Shown here: positions 8,752-17,707 of the stretch, in pieces
Numbering within the stretch: the stretch's first letter is position 1
Layout of the letters: each line of letters starts with the position of its first letter
Origin: an uncultured Actinomycetes bacterium
GTDB lineage: Bacteria; Actinomycetota; Thermoleophilia; UBA2241
Direction of reading: 5' to 3'
DNA length: 64,000 nucleotides
NCBI GenBank assembly: GCA_963709345.1
Contig: CAVPVX010000007.1
Span: 640,001-704,000, forward strand
The notes under the pieces: model-generated
Told to the model about the DNA's origin: nothing
Databases searched by the model: none
The model's input: the letters and a program-made list of their open reading frames with translations, nothing else
Made by a program: the position numbers and the translations under genes

Positions 8752-10487
8752 GAGCAGCTCACCTCCATCATGCCGTCGATCATCGATCTGATCTGGGCGT
8801 CGGTGTAGCCCTGCAGGTCGGTCGCGTCCACGGGGCAGACGGGCACGCAGCCGCCGCAGCCCTTGCACGCCGTCTTGATGACCTGCGCCACCTGTTTGCC
8901 GTCCATCTCGACCTGCTCGATGGCGTCGTAGGGACACGCCTCAAGACACTTGCCGCACCAGGTGCAGGCGGCGGTGTCGACGATGGCGACCATCGGGTCG
9001 AGCTCGGCGTAACCGCGCTTGAGCATGGCGCCACTGTGCGTGACGGCGGCGAGGCCGCTGGCGACCGCCTCGGCCGAGTTCTTCGGCGACTGGCAGGAGC
9101 CACAGATGGTGACGCCGTCCACGATGGTCTCCACCGGGCGCAGCTTGGGGTGGATCTCGTTGTAGAAGCCGTCGTTGCCGACCGGCAGCTTGAGTACGCT
9201 GACGAGCTCGCCGTTCTCGCGCGGTACCATGCCGGTGACGAGCACGACGAGGTCGGCGGGTATGGCGACTTCTTCGCCCCCGGTGAGCAGGTCCTTCGTG
9301 GTGACCTTGAGACCGCCGGACGGGAGCTTCTCCACCTCCGGCGGTTCGTCGTCCGGCATGCGCAGATACAGCGAGCCCTTCTCACGCGACTCGTTCCAGA
9401 GCAGCTCGTACTTGCCGTAGGTGCGGATGTCGCGGTAGAGGTGGTACTGGCGCAGTCCGGCGAGGCCCTTCTCGGCCGCCTTGAGCGCAGCGTGCACGGC
9501 GGCTGTGCAGCAGTAGCGCGAGCAGTAGGTGTGAGCGCCTTCGACGCTCTCGTCCTGGCGACTGCCGACGCAGTAGATGTAGGCGATGGTCTTGACGGGC
9601 CGGCCGTTGTACTCGAGCGAACCGGCCGCTTCATCCACCATCTTCTTGAACTCCGGCAGAGTGACGACACCGTCCAGGCCGTAGCCGAACTCGCCGGCCG
9701 CCGGCTCGTAGGTGTCCGCGCCGGTGGCGACGATGATCGAGCCCACGTCGACCTGGACGGTCTCGAGCTGCTCGCCGTGGATGGCGATCGTCACCTGGTT
9801 GTTGCCGAAGCTGCCGCTCTTGGCCATCAGCTCGGCGTTCGTGTACACGGTGATCGCCGGATGAGCGCGCACCTTCTCTTCGAGGGTCGCGATCAGCTCG
9901 GCGCCCTTGCGCTCGTTCGGGTACATCTCGGCGAATCCGGCGACGCGGCCGCCGAGCTGCGGCTCCTTCTCGACGAGGAATACGCCGAGGCCGATCTCGG
10001 CCAAGCCGAGGGCGGCGCGCAGGCCGGCCACCCCGCCGCCCACCACAAGGCTTCTCGGCGTCGTCTCGACGACGATCGGCTCGAGCGGCTCGGTGAGGCG
10101 CGTCCGGTTGATTCCGGCGCGGACGAGCCGCACCGCCTTCTCGGTCGCGCCCGTATGGTCGTCGGTGTGCGTCCACGAGCACTGCTCGCGGACGTTGACC
10201 TGCGTGTACTGGAACGGGTTCATGCCGGCGCGCTTGGCCACGTCACGGAAGGTGACCGTGTGCAGCTTGGGCGAGCACGAGGCGACGACGAGCGCGTCGA
10301 GGCCCTGCTCCTCCGCGTCCTGCACGATCTCCTGCTGGGTCGCGTCGGAACAGGTGAACATGGCGGAGCGGGCGACGACGACGTCGTCGTCTCCCTTGAT
10401 CTCCTCGACGACCTTGTCGACGTCGACGTAGTCGCCGATGTTGCCGCCGCACTGACAGACGTACACGCCGATCTTGCGGCCGCTCAT
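8748..10487 (-). CDS. hdrA: Heterodisulfide reductase subunit A family flavoprotein, 579 aa (N-terminal domain plus C-terminal ferredoxin)
   Basis: IGVYVCQCGGNI, VVASCSP, NVREQCSW, VVGGGVAG, CVGSR..CSRYCC and two C-terminal CxxCxxCxxxCP. Confidence 0.95.
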   Translation of the reverse strand: MSGRKIGVYVCQCGGNIGDYVDVDKVVEEIKGDDDVVVARSAMFTCSDATQQEIVQDAEEQGLDALVVASCSPKLHTVTFRDVAKRAGMNPFQYTQVNVREQCSWTHTDDHTGATEKAVRLVRAGINRTRLTEPLEPIVVETTPRSLVVGGGVAGLRAALGLAEIGLGVFLVEKEPQLGGRVAGFAEMYPNERKGAELIATLEEKVRAHPAITVYTNAELMAKSGSFGNNQVTIAIHGEQLETVQVDVGSIIVATGADTYEPAAGEFGYGLDGVVTLPEFKKMVDEAAGSLEYNGRPVKTIAYIYCVGSRQDESVEGAHTYCSRYCCTAAVHAALKAAEKGLAGLRQYHLYRDIRTYGKYELLWNESREKGSLYLRMPDDEPPEVEKLPSGGLKVTTKDLLTGGEEVAIPADLVVLVTGMVPRENGELVSVLKLPVGNDGFYNEIHPKLRPVETIVDGVTICGSCQSPKNSAEAVASGLAAVTHSGAMLKRGYAELDPMVAIVDTAACTWCGKCLEACPYDAIEQVEMDGKQVAQVIKTACKGCGGCVPVCPVDATDLQGYTDAQIRSMIDGMMEVSCS

Positions 10488-13255
10488 GCCTTCACCTTCA
10501 CTTTCGACTCTTCCGCGACTTTCGCTCTCTCCAGATGAGCAGCGGCCTGTGCGACCGCGGCGCCCGCGTGGAGAATGGAGTCGGGGATGTCCTTGGCCCC
10601 GGCGGCCGCGCCCGCGACGAACACGCCGGGGAGGTTGGTGCGGCCGGGGTCCATGTCTTCGTCGGCTTCGCCGACGTAGTAGTAGTCGTCGAGCGCCAGG
10701 GCCTCGCCGGCGCCGTCGAAAAGCTCGGCGACGCCGCGACCGGGCTGGACGCCGACCGCGAGCACGACCATGTCGTGCTCCGTCTCGACGAGCGCGCTGC
10801 CGTTCTCGATGTCCTCGTAGCGGAGCGTGAGGTTGCCTTCGTCGGTCTCGGTGATACCCGAGACGCGGCCCTTCACGAAGTTGGCGCCCATGTCTTTGGC
10901 CTGCTCGTAGAACTCGTCGTACCCCTTGCCCACGGAGCGTACGTCGATGTAGTAGACGGTGACGTCGGCGAGCGGCAGGGCGCCCATGATGAGCTGGTTC
11001 TGCTTGACCGAGTACATGCAGCAGATCTTGGAGCACAGCGGGTTGTCCACGGTGTCGTCGCGGGACCCGGTGCACAGGATGTAGGCGATGTTGTCCGGCA
11101 CCTTGCCGTCGCTGGGGCGAAGCACGGCGTTGTACGGCCGGGTCGGCGCCAGCAGGCGGTCCATCTGCATGCCGGTGACGACGTTCTTGTAGCGGCCGAA
11201 TCCGTACTGCGGCTTCGCGTCGGCCGGGAAGAGGTTGAAGCCCGTGGCCAGGACCACGCTGCCGAACTCCGCCTCGATCTCCTTCTCGCGCATGCTGAAG
11301 TCGATGCAGTCGGCGGGGCAGATGTCCACGCACGCGTGGCACTCGGAGCAGACACCGCAGTCGAGGCAGCGGCTCGCGCTGTGCAGCGCCTCTTCCTCGG
11401 TCATCGTCTGCTCGTCCTCGTAGAACTCGCCCGGCGCAAGTGTCACGGTCTCCCGCGGGTTGAGAGGCTCGATGCGGCTGTACGTCGCCTGCCGCCTCAG
11501 AACGGCCTCCTTGTCCACCATCGGCAGAGGGCCGTCGAATGCCGCGGGATCCAGCTCCAGGCCCTGGAGGAAGCGGTCGATCATGAAGGCCGCCCGCCAG
11601 CCCTGGCCGGCGGCGGAAGTGATCATCGAGGGGCCGGAGACGACGTCGCCGGCGGCAAACACGCGAGGCACGCTGGTCTGCAGGGTGCCCGGATCCGCCT
11701 TGATCGTCCCGGTGCTGTTGATGGGGAGACCGAAGGCGCCCGCGTCGGGTCTCATGCCCGCGGCGACGACCACGAGGTCGCACTCAAGGCTTCCGAGGGT
11801 CTCGTCCTCATACTGCGGGCTGAAGCTGCCCTCCTCGTCGAACACCGAGACGCAACGCAGGAGCTCGACGCTGCGCACGGCGTCGCCGCCGCTGAACTGA
11901 CGCACCCCGCACGAGTTCTGGAAGGCGACGCCCTCCTGGCGAGCCTCCTCGACCTCCCAGGCATGCGCGGGCATCTGCTCGTGGGCTTCGAGGCTCGCCA
12001 CCTGTACCGATGCGGCCTTCAGCCGCAGCGCGGTGCGCGCCGCATCGAGGGCGACGTTGCCGCCTCCGACCACAACGACACGCTTGCCCTCGACGTCCAG
12101 CTCTTCGCCAAGCTTGGCGGCGCGGAGGAAGTCGGCGGAGCGCATGACGCCGCGAAGATCCTCGCCGGGCACGCCGAGCTTCGTGCCGAGGTGCGTACCC
12201 ACAGCCACGAGCACGGCGTCGTAGCCTGCCTCCTTCAACTCGTCCAGATCCTCGACGCGCGAGTCCGTCTCTATCACCACGCCGGCCGCCGTCACATTCG
12301 CGAGGTCCTGGTCGACGACTTCGTTCGGGAGGCGGTACGGCGGGAGCGCCAGACGCAGCAGACCACCCGGCTGAGACGCGGCTTCGAAGACCTTCACCCC
12401 GTAGCCCTTGCGGGCCAGATGCCAGGCCGCGGTCACACCGGCCGGGCCGGAGCCGATCACCGCCACCTTCTTACCGTTGGGATCCGCGATCTTGACGCTC
12501 GTCTCGCCCTTGGCGTAGTGAGTGTCTGCGATGAAGCGCTTGAGGCGGCGGATGGAGAGGGATCCCTCCAGATCGCCCCGCATGCACTCAGCCTCGCACG
12601 GGGCGTAGCACGCCCGGCCGAGGCTGCCGACCAGCGGCGTCGCCTCGCAGACAAGGTCGAACGCCTTCTCGTACTCGCCGCTGCGTATGAGCGCGACATA
12701 GCCGTGCGCCTTGATGCCCGCAGGGCACTCGTAGCTGCACGGCGAGACGCCCTCGCGGCTGATCACGGCCTTCTTCGGCACCGCCTGGGGGAAGGCGATG
12801 TACGCCGCCCGCCGCGACACCATGTCGGCGTTGAACTCGTCGGGGACGGCGACGCTGCAGGCCATCTCGCACTGGCGACAGCCGGTGCAGGCGACCTCGT
12901 CGACGTATTTCGGCTTCTGCAGGATCCGGGCGTGATAGGTGCCGTCGCCGTTGGCGCGGATGCCCTCGACCTCGGCGTACGTGAGTACGTCGATGTTGGG
13001 GTGGTGGATGGTCGCGGCCATCTTGGGGGTGGAGATGCAGCTGGCGCAGTCGAGCGTCGGGAACACCTTGCTGAGCAGGATCATCTTGCCGCCGACGCTG
13101 GCGTCCTTCTCGACGACGAGGACCTTGTAGCCCATGTCGCCGAGCTTGAGCGCCGACTCCATACCGCCGATGCCGCTGCCGACCACCAGAGCGTCGTACT
13201 TGAGCGCTGCACCTTCGGCGCCCCGCTCGATAGCTTCGCTTCGTTGGCTGTTCAT
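10484..13255 (-). CDS. HdrA-family flavoprotein with an inserted GltD/NfnB-like NAD(P)H oxidoreductase (HdrL-like), 923 aa
   Basis: HdrA core (VVGSGIGG, KVFPTLDCASC, CTGSRD..CSKICC, GAKDIPDS) interrupted by PCSYECP..GRACYAPCEAEC, IGSGPAG and VGGGNVALD. Confidence 0.93.
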   Translation of the reverse strand: MNSQRSEAIERGAEGAALKYDALVVGSGIGGMESALKLGDMGYKVLVVEKDASVGGKMILLSKVFPTLDCASCISTPKMAATIHHPNIDVLTYAEVEGIRANGDGTYHARILQKPKYVDEVACTGCRQCEMACSVAVPDEFNADMVSRRAAYIAFPQAVPKKAVISREGVSPCSYECPAGIKAHGYVALIRSGEYEKAFDLVCEATPLVGSLGRACYAPCEAECMRGDLEGSLSIRRLKRFIADTHYAKGETSVKIADPNGKKVAVIGSGPAGVTAAWHLARKGYGVKVFEAASQPGGLLRLALPPYRLPNEVVDQDLANVTAAGVVIETDSRVEDLDELKEAGYDAVLVAVGTHLGTKLGVPGEDLRGVMRSADFLRAAKLGEELDVEGKRVVVVGGGNVALDAARTALRLKAASVQVASLEAHEQMPAHAWEVEEARQEGVAFQNSCGVRQFSGGDAVRSVELLRCVSVFDEEGSFSPQYEDETLGSLECDLVVVAAGMRPDAGAFGLPINSTGTIKADPGTLQTSVPRVFAAGDVVSGPSMITSAAGQGWRAAFMIDRFLQGLELDPAAFDGPLPMVDKEAVLRRQATYSRIEPLNPRETVTLAPGEFYEDEQTMTEEEALHSASRCLDCGVCSECHACVDICPADCIDFSMREKEIEAEFGSVVLATGFNLFPADAKPQYGFGRYKNVVTGMQMDRLLAPTRPYNAVLRPSDGKVPDNIAYILCTGSRDDTVDNPLCSKICCMYSVKQNQLIMGALPLADVTVYYIDVRSVGKGYDEFYEQAKDMGANFVKGRVSGITETDEGNLTLRYEDIENGSALVETEHDMVVLAVGVQPGRGVAELFDGAGEALALDDYYYVGEADEDMDPGRTNLPGVFVAGAAAGAKDIPDSILHAGAAVAQAAAHLERAKVAEESKVKVKA

Positions 13256-13692
13256 GCGGTCGCCTTCCGGGTCGTCGGTCCCAAGCCGGAGAGGGACTCC
13301 GAGTATTCGTGCATGTAGTTGGTGAAGGGCTCCGCGCAGACGGAACAGATCGCGGCCATGCGCACTCTCTGCGGCTCGTAGCCCCTCTCGACCAGCAGTG
13401 CCTGCGCGTCCATCATGATCTTGGCGGTGCGCTGGCTGCAGTCGGGCAGGAACGCGCACTCCTCGCCGTCGGCGGCGATGAAGACTCCGTCGAAACCCTG
13501 CTCCATGGCGTAGAGGATCCAGCTCGGCTTGATACCACTGGTGCACGGAACGCTGATCACCATGACCTTGGGCGAGTAGTGCATGTGCGAACTGCCGGCC
13601 AGGTCGATGCCCGGGTCGGAGATGTTGTTGGTGCTGAAGACCAGGATGCGCGGGGAATATGCCTGATCGTCGAGTGCGGCAGTCTCGGCCAT
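13252..13692 (-). CDS. mvhD: MvhD-like (hydrogenase iron-sulfur subunit delta) protein with an atypical Cys pattern
   Basis: PRILVF..DLAG..Y..VISVPC..ILYAMEQGFDGV..EC..L..RGYEPQRV follows the MvhD pattern. Confidence 0.85.
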   Translation of the reverse strand: MAETAALDDQAYSPRILVFSTNNISDPGIDLAGSSHMHYSPKVMVISVPCTSGIKPSWILYAMEQGFDGVFIAADGEECAFLPDCSQRTAKIMMDAQALLVERGYEPQRVRMAAICSVCAEPFTNYMHEYSESLSGLGPTTRKATA

Positions 13693-13694
13693 CG

Positions 13695-13946
13695 TCACTT
13701 CATCTTCTTCACGAAGAGGCGCATGAAGCCCGGCTCCTCGACCACGCCCAGATACTCGTGACCCATCTTCTTGGACCACGCCGGGAGGTCCTTGGTCGTG
13801 CCGCTGTCGGTCGCCTGGACCTCCATCACGCCGCCTACGGAGACGCTGGGAATGCCCTTCTTGGCGGCCAGGATGGGACCAGGGCACGAGGTGCCTCGCG
13901 CGTCGACGACTTTCTCTACCTGGATGTTGGCGAGGTCTTCGGACAT
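13695..13946 (-). CDS. tusA: TusA-family sulfur carrier
   Basis: VDARGTSCPGP motif, ATDSGTTKDLPAW..GHEY; AAGGAG SD. Confidence 0.93.
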   Translation of the reverse strand: MSEDLANIQVEKVVDARGTSCPGPILAAKKGIPSVSVGGVMEVQATDSGTTKDLPAWSKKMGHEYLGVVEEPGFMRLFVKKMK

Positions 13947-14083
13947 GATGGTCTCCTTCGTGCTTGCTAGACTGGATTCGACGCTTGTGCTTGTGATTTC
14001 TTTCTCAATCCAAGGGCCGGTGAGCCCCTCTTCAATGTGCTGACGGAGCGGTGTCCTGCCGCGTGGCCGGCGGCTTCGGTGTC

Positions 14084-14512
14084 TCACACCTGAGGCGCCA
14101 CCGGCGCATCCGGCGCCCCAGTCCCATCCGGCCGGGCACGCGCGGCATCGAGGAACTCGGCGACCTGCAGCGATTCACCCTGTGCGACGTGCTGCTCCAC
14201 CAGCGCCTCGCGGATGAGGGCGCACGCCTCCATGAATTTGCGGTTCGTGACGCGGTAGTACACGGTCTGAGCCTCTTTGCGCGACGCCACGAGCCGGCGC
14301 TCTTTGAGCACGCGCAGGTGCTGCGAGACGTTGTGGACCGAGATACCGACCTCCTCGGCGAGGTCGCCCACGCACTTCTCCTCGTCGCAGATGGCGTGCA
14401 GGATCGCCTGACGATGCTCGTTCGCGAGAGCCCGACAGAGGTCTGCATGCATCCGAAAGAGCGGCTTGAGATCCGGCGCGGCGGGCGTGTCACTGTCGTT
14501 GCATACTTGCAT
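14084..14512 (-). CDS. ArsR/SmtB-family transcriptional repressor, Cys-rich
   Basis: ALANEHRQAIL..EKCVGDLAEEVGISVHNVSQHLRVLK..RKEAQTVYY. Confidence 0.93.
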   Translation of the reverse strand: MQVCNDSDTPAAPDLKPLFRMHADLCRALANEHRQAILHAICDEEKCVGDLAEEVGISVHNVSQHLRVLKERRLVASRKEAQTVYYRVTNRKFMEACALIREALVEQHVAQGESLQVAEFLDAARARPDGTGAPDAPVAPQV

Positions 14513-14548
14513 ACTTACATATATACGCTATAGATGTCGCGCCGTCAA
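14500..14548 (-). promoter_or_regulatory. Sigma70-like promoter TTGACG-N17-TATATA, probably leaderless, with an AT-rich repeat as candidate ArsR operator
   Basis: -35 at 14548-14543, -10 at 14525-14520, ATG 7 nt later with no SD; AAGTATGC repeated twice across the start codon. Confidence 0.6.
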
Positions 14549-14678
14549 GTGCAGTCATTCACAAGCCTGGCGCGCGCGTATTCTCGCCCGCCGGGCGGCG
14601 AGCTCGGTGTGCGTCCTGGGCGCCTTCTCCCACAGGCGCTCCCGCATCCGGCGCCGTGGCCGGCCCGGCAACGCAAGA

Positions 14679-14709
14679 GGGGCGGGCGGCCCTTCCGGCC
14701 GCCCGCCCC
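14679..14709 (-). terminator. Hairpin after rplQ (end of alpha operon)
   Basis: GGGGCGGGCGGCC / GGCCGCCCGCCCC 13-bp stem followed by TCTTG on the minus strand. Confidence 0.7.
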
Positions 14710-14738
14710 CCAAACAAGGGACGTCTGTCTGCTGCGCG

Positions 14739-15089
14739 CTACACCAGCTCGATGTACGCCTGCTCGCTGCCGTCGCCGGGGCGCGGGCCGAGCTTGATGA
14801 TGCGCGTGTACCCGCCGTGACGGTCGGCGTAGCGAGGCGCCACGTCGTTGAACAGCTTGTACACGATCTTCTTGTTGCGCAGCATGGCGATCGCCTGACG
14901 GCGCGCGTGCAGATCGCCGCGCTTGCCCAGCGTGATGGCCTCTTCGACCATCGGGCGGACTTCCTTGGCGCGCGCTACGCCGGTCTTGACCTTCTCGTGC
15001 TCGAGGACCTGGCAGGCGAGACCCGACAGCAGCGACCGCCGCTGGTCGGGAGCCATGTTGAACTTGCGGCCTGAGTTCTGATGGCGCAT
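14739..15089 (-). CDS. rplQ: 50S ribosomal protein L17
   Basis: MRHQNSGRK..RAKEVR..GGYTRIIKLGPRPGDG. Confidence 0.97.
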   Translation of the reverse strand: MRHQNSGRKFNMAPDQRRSLLSGLACQVLEHEKVKTGVARAKEVRPMVEEAITLGKRGDLHARRQAIAMLRNKKIVYKLFNDVAPRYADRHGGYTRIIKLGPRPGDGSEQAYIELV

Positions 15090-15090
15090 G

Positions 15091-16038
15091 TTACTCGTCA
15101 CCCCGCAAAGAGAGCCCGCGCTCGATGAGCTTTTCCTTGACCTCGTCGATGCTCTTCTTGCCGAAGTTCGGGATGTTGAGCAGCTCGGCCTCTGTCTTGG
15201 AGACCAGGTCGCCGACGGTCTGGATACCCTCGCGCTTGAGGCAATTGTAGGAACGGACGCCGAGCTCGAGCTCCTCGATGAGCACGTCGTCCATGCCGCC
15301 TCCGACCTGCATGGAGTCAAGCCCCTCGATCGGGAGCTCCTCGCTGGAACGCGTGCGGTCGGGGTCGGTGAAGATCGACATCCGGTCGACGAGGATCTCG
15401 GCGGCTTCCCTCAGCGCCTCTTCGGGCAGGAGAGCACCGTTGGTCGTGATGTCGAGTATGAGCTTGTCGTAGTCTGTACGCTGGCCGACACGGGCGCTCT
15501 CGACGTGGTACGAGACACGCTTGATGGGGCTGAAGATCGAATCCATCGGAATGACCCCGATGACCGTCTCCGGCGTCTTGTTGCCCTCAGCCTGCACGTA
15601 GCCCGTACCGCGCCTGACGGTGATCAGCATCTCGATGGCGCCGCCGTCGGAGAGCGTCGCGATCTGATGATCCGGGTTGAGGATCTCCAGCTCCGCCGGG
15701 ATGTCGACGTCGGCGGCCACGACCTTGCCGGGCTTGTCCTTGTACAAGCGGACCTGGACCTCGTCGAGCTCACCATGCAGGCGGCAGACGAGCTCCTTGA
15801 GGTTCAGGATGACGTCGGTGACGTCTTCCTTGACGCCCTTGACGGTGGTGAACTCGTGGGCGACGCCTTCGATCTTGACTGAACTGACGGCTGCGCCCTC
15901 GAGCGACGACAGCAGGACCCGGCGCAGCGCGTTGCCGAACGTATGCCCGAAACCGCGATCGAGAGGCTCGACCTCAAAGCGCGCGCGGTTGCCGGCGAGC
16001 TGCTCGCGGGTGATGTTGGGCATCTGAAACTGTAGCAA
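15091..16038 (-). CDS. rpoA: RNA polymerase alpha subunit
   Basis: [30 protein letters not shown] and NFGKKS; TTG start after AGGAGG. Confidence 0.98.
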   Translation of the reverse strand: MLQFQMPNITREQLAGNRARFEVEPLDRGFGHTFGNALRRVLLSSLEGAAVSSVKIEGVAHEFTTVKGVKEDVTDVILNLKELVCRLHGELDEVQVRLYKDKPGKVVAADVDIPAELEILNPDHQIATLSDGGAIEMLITVRRGTGYVQAEGNKTPETVIGVIPMDSIFSPIKRVSYHVESARVGQRTDYDKLILDITTNGALLPEEALREAAEILVDRMSIFTDPDRTRSSEELPIEGLDSMQVGGGMDDVLIEELELGVRSYNCLKREGIQTVGDLVSKTEAELLNIPNFGKKSIDEVKEKLIERGLSLRGDE

Positions 16039-16084
16039 CTGGCCTCCTGTAGACTCTTCGCCGCGGGTTAGCTGCTGCAGCGGA

Positions 16085-16705
16085 TTATTTGGAGTACAGC
16101 TCGACGATGAGCTGCTCCTGCACCGGGGCGTCGATCTCGTCGCGCTCGGGAGCGCGCAGGACCTTGCCGGTGAGGTTGTCATGGTCGACCAGGAGCCACG
16201 GCGAGACCGACGACGTGAGATCGGTCGCGGCGCGCACGGTCTCGACGGCCTTGCTGTTGGAGCGCATCGCCACCACGTCGTCAGGGCGGACCTGGTACGA
16301 CGGGATGTCGACCTTCTTGCCGTTGACGGTGAAGTGGGCGTGGCACACCAGCTGACGCGCCTGGCGCCTCGATGCGCCGAAGCCGAGGCGGTACACGACA
16401 TTGTCGAGCCGCATCTCAAGGATGCGCAGAAGGTTCTCGCCGGTGATGCCGTCCTTGCGGCTGGCCATCACGTAATACCGGTGGAACTGCTTCTCGAGCA
16501 CCTGGTAGTAGCGGCGCGCCTTCTGCTTCTCACGCAACTGCAGAAGGTACTCACTCTGCTTGATGCGGCCGCGGCCGTGCTCCCCCGGCGGGTACGAGCG
16601 CCGCTCTACCGCGCACTTGTCCGTGAGGCACCGCTCGCCCTTGAGAAAGAGCTTCTCAGCCTCGCGGCGACACTGCTTGCACTGTGCTGACGTATCTTTC
16701 GCCAC
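16085..16705 (-). CDS. rpsD: 30S ribosomal protein S4 (zinc-binding form)
   Basis: [35 protein letters not shown]. Confidence 0.98.
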   Translation of the reverse strand: MAKDTSAQCKQCRREAEKLFLKGERCLTDKCAVERRSYPPGEHGRGRIKQSEYLLQLREKQKARRYYQVLEKQFHRYYVMASRKDGITGENLLRILEMRLDNVVYRLGFGASRRQARQLVCHAHFTVNGKKVDIPSYQVRPDDVVAMRSNSKAVETVRAATDLTSSVSPWLLVDHDNLTGKVLRAPERDEIDAPVQEQLIVELYSK

Positions 16706-16715
16706 GTAGACCTTC

Positions 16716-17114
16716 CTAGACCCTGCGACGCTTGCGCGGGCGGCAGCCGTTGTGCGGCACCGGCGTCACGTCTTTGACACTGATGATCTCGAGGCCGGCG
16801 GCCTGCAGCGACCGCACGGCGGTCTCGCGGCCCGAACCCGGGCCACGCACGAAGACCTCGACCTTCTGGAGACCCTGCTCCATGCCCTTCTTGGCGCATG
16901 ACTCCGCCGTCACCTGTGCGGCGAACGGCGTGCTCTTGCGCGAACCCTTGAAGCCGACCGATCCGGCGCTCTCCCACGCGATGACGTTGCCCTCTTTGTC
17001 GGTGAGCGTCACCAGCGTGTTGTTGAACGACGTCTTGATGTGCGCCTGGCCGACGGCGATGTTCTTGCGGACCTTGCGCCGCTGACGACCCTTGGCTCTC
17101 TGAGGCTTAGCCAC
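16716..17114 (-). CDS. rpsK: 30S ribosomal protein S11
   Basis: [20 protein letters not shown]. Confidence 0.98.
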   Translation of the reverse strand: MAKPQRAKGRQRRKVRKNIAVGQAHIKTSFNNTLVTLTDKEGNVIAWESAGSVGFKGSRKSTPFAAQVTAESCAKKGMEQGLQKVEVFVRGPGSGRETAVRSLQAAGLEIISVKDVTPVPHNGCRPRKRRRV

Positions 17115-17143
17115 TCTGCTCTACTCCTCCGCTACTGGTGCGG

Positions 17144-17515
17144 TCACTTCTTGCGCTTGCCGCTGATCGTCCTCTTCGGACCCTTGCGAGAGCGCGCGTT
17201 GGTGCGCGTGCGCTGCCCGTTCACCGGCATGCCGCGACGGTGGCGGATGCCCCGGTAGCAGCCGATGTCCATGAGCCGCTTGATGTTCTGGGAGCGCTCG
17301 CGGCGCAGGTCGCCCTCGACCGTGACTTCACGGTCGATGGCGTCGCGGAGCCGGATGATCTCCTCTTCGGTGAGATCACGCACCTTGGTGTTCGGGTCGA
17401 TGCCCACGACACCGAGGACCTTGTTGGACGTCGACCGCCCGACACCGTAGATGTACGTGAGACCGATCTCGACCCGCTTCTGCGGCGGGATGTTGACGCC
17501 TGAGATACGTGCCAT
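17144..17515 (-). CDS. rpsM: 30S ribosomal protein S13
   Basis: [27 protein letters not shown]. Confidence 0.98.
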   Translation of the reverse strand: MARISGVNIPPQKRVEIGLTYIYGVGRSTSNKVLGVVGIDPNTKVRDLTEEEIIRLRDAIDREVTVEGDLRRERSQNIKRLMDIGCYRGIRHRRGMPVNGQRTRTNARSRKGPKRTISGKRKK

Positions 17516-17521
17516 GCGGAC

Positions 17522-17635
17522 TTACCCCTGCCTCTGACGATGACGCGGGTTCGAGCAGATCACCTGCACGGTACCGCGCCGGCGGATGATCTTGCACTTC
17601 TCGCACATCTGCTTGACTGAAGCTCTTACCTTCAT
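17522..17635 (-). CDS. rpmJ: 50S ribosomal protein L36 (below the ORF-track cutoff)
   Basis: Translated by hand: [37 protein letters not shown]. Confidence 0.97.
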   Translation of the reverse strand: MKVRASVKQMCEKCKIIRRRGTVQVICSNPRHRQRQG

Positions 17636-17707
17636 CGGTGATCCTCGCTTGTGCACGCGGTGCGCCTGAGGCCCCGCGCGCCGCCTCCGGGCGACCGCGC
17701 GCGGCCG

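Noticed and set aside
8748-13255. Calling the cluster qmoABC, methanogen-type hdrABC or sulfur-oxidising sHdr
   Set aside because: No membrane QmoC, aprAB, mvhAG, lbpA or hdrC1B1A-hyp-C2B2 order; the CCG protein has one cluster site
8748-13692. Selenocysteine recoding in HdrA or MvhD
   Set aside because: Frames are open without in-frame TGA; the relevant positions are Cys or other residues
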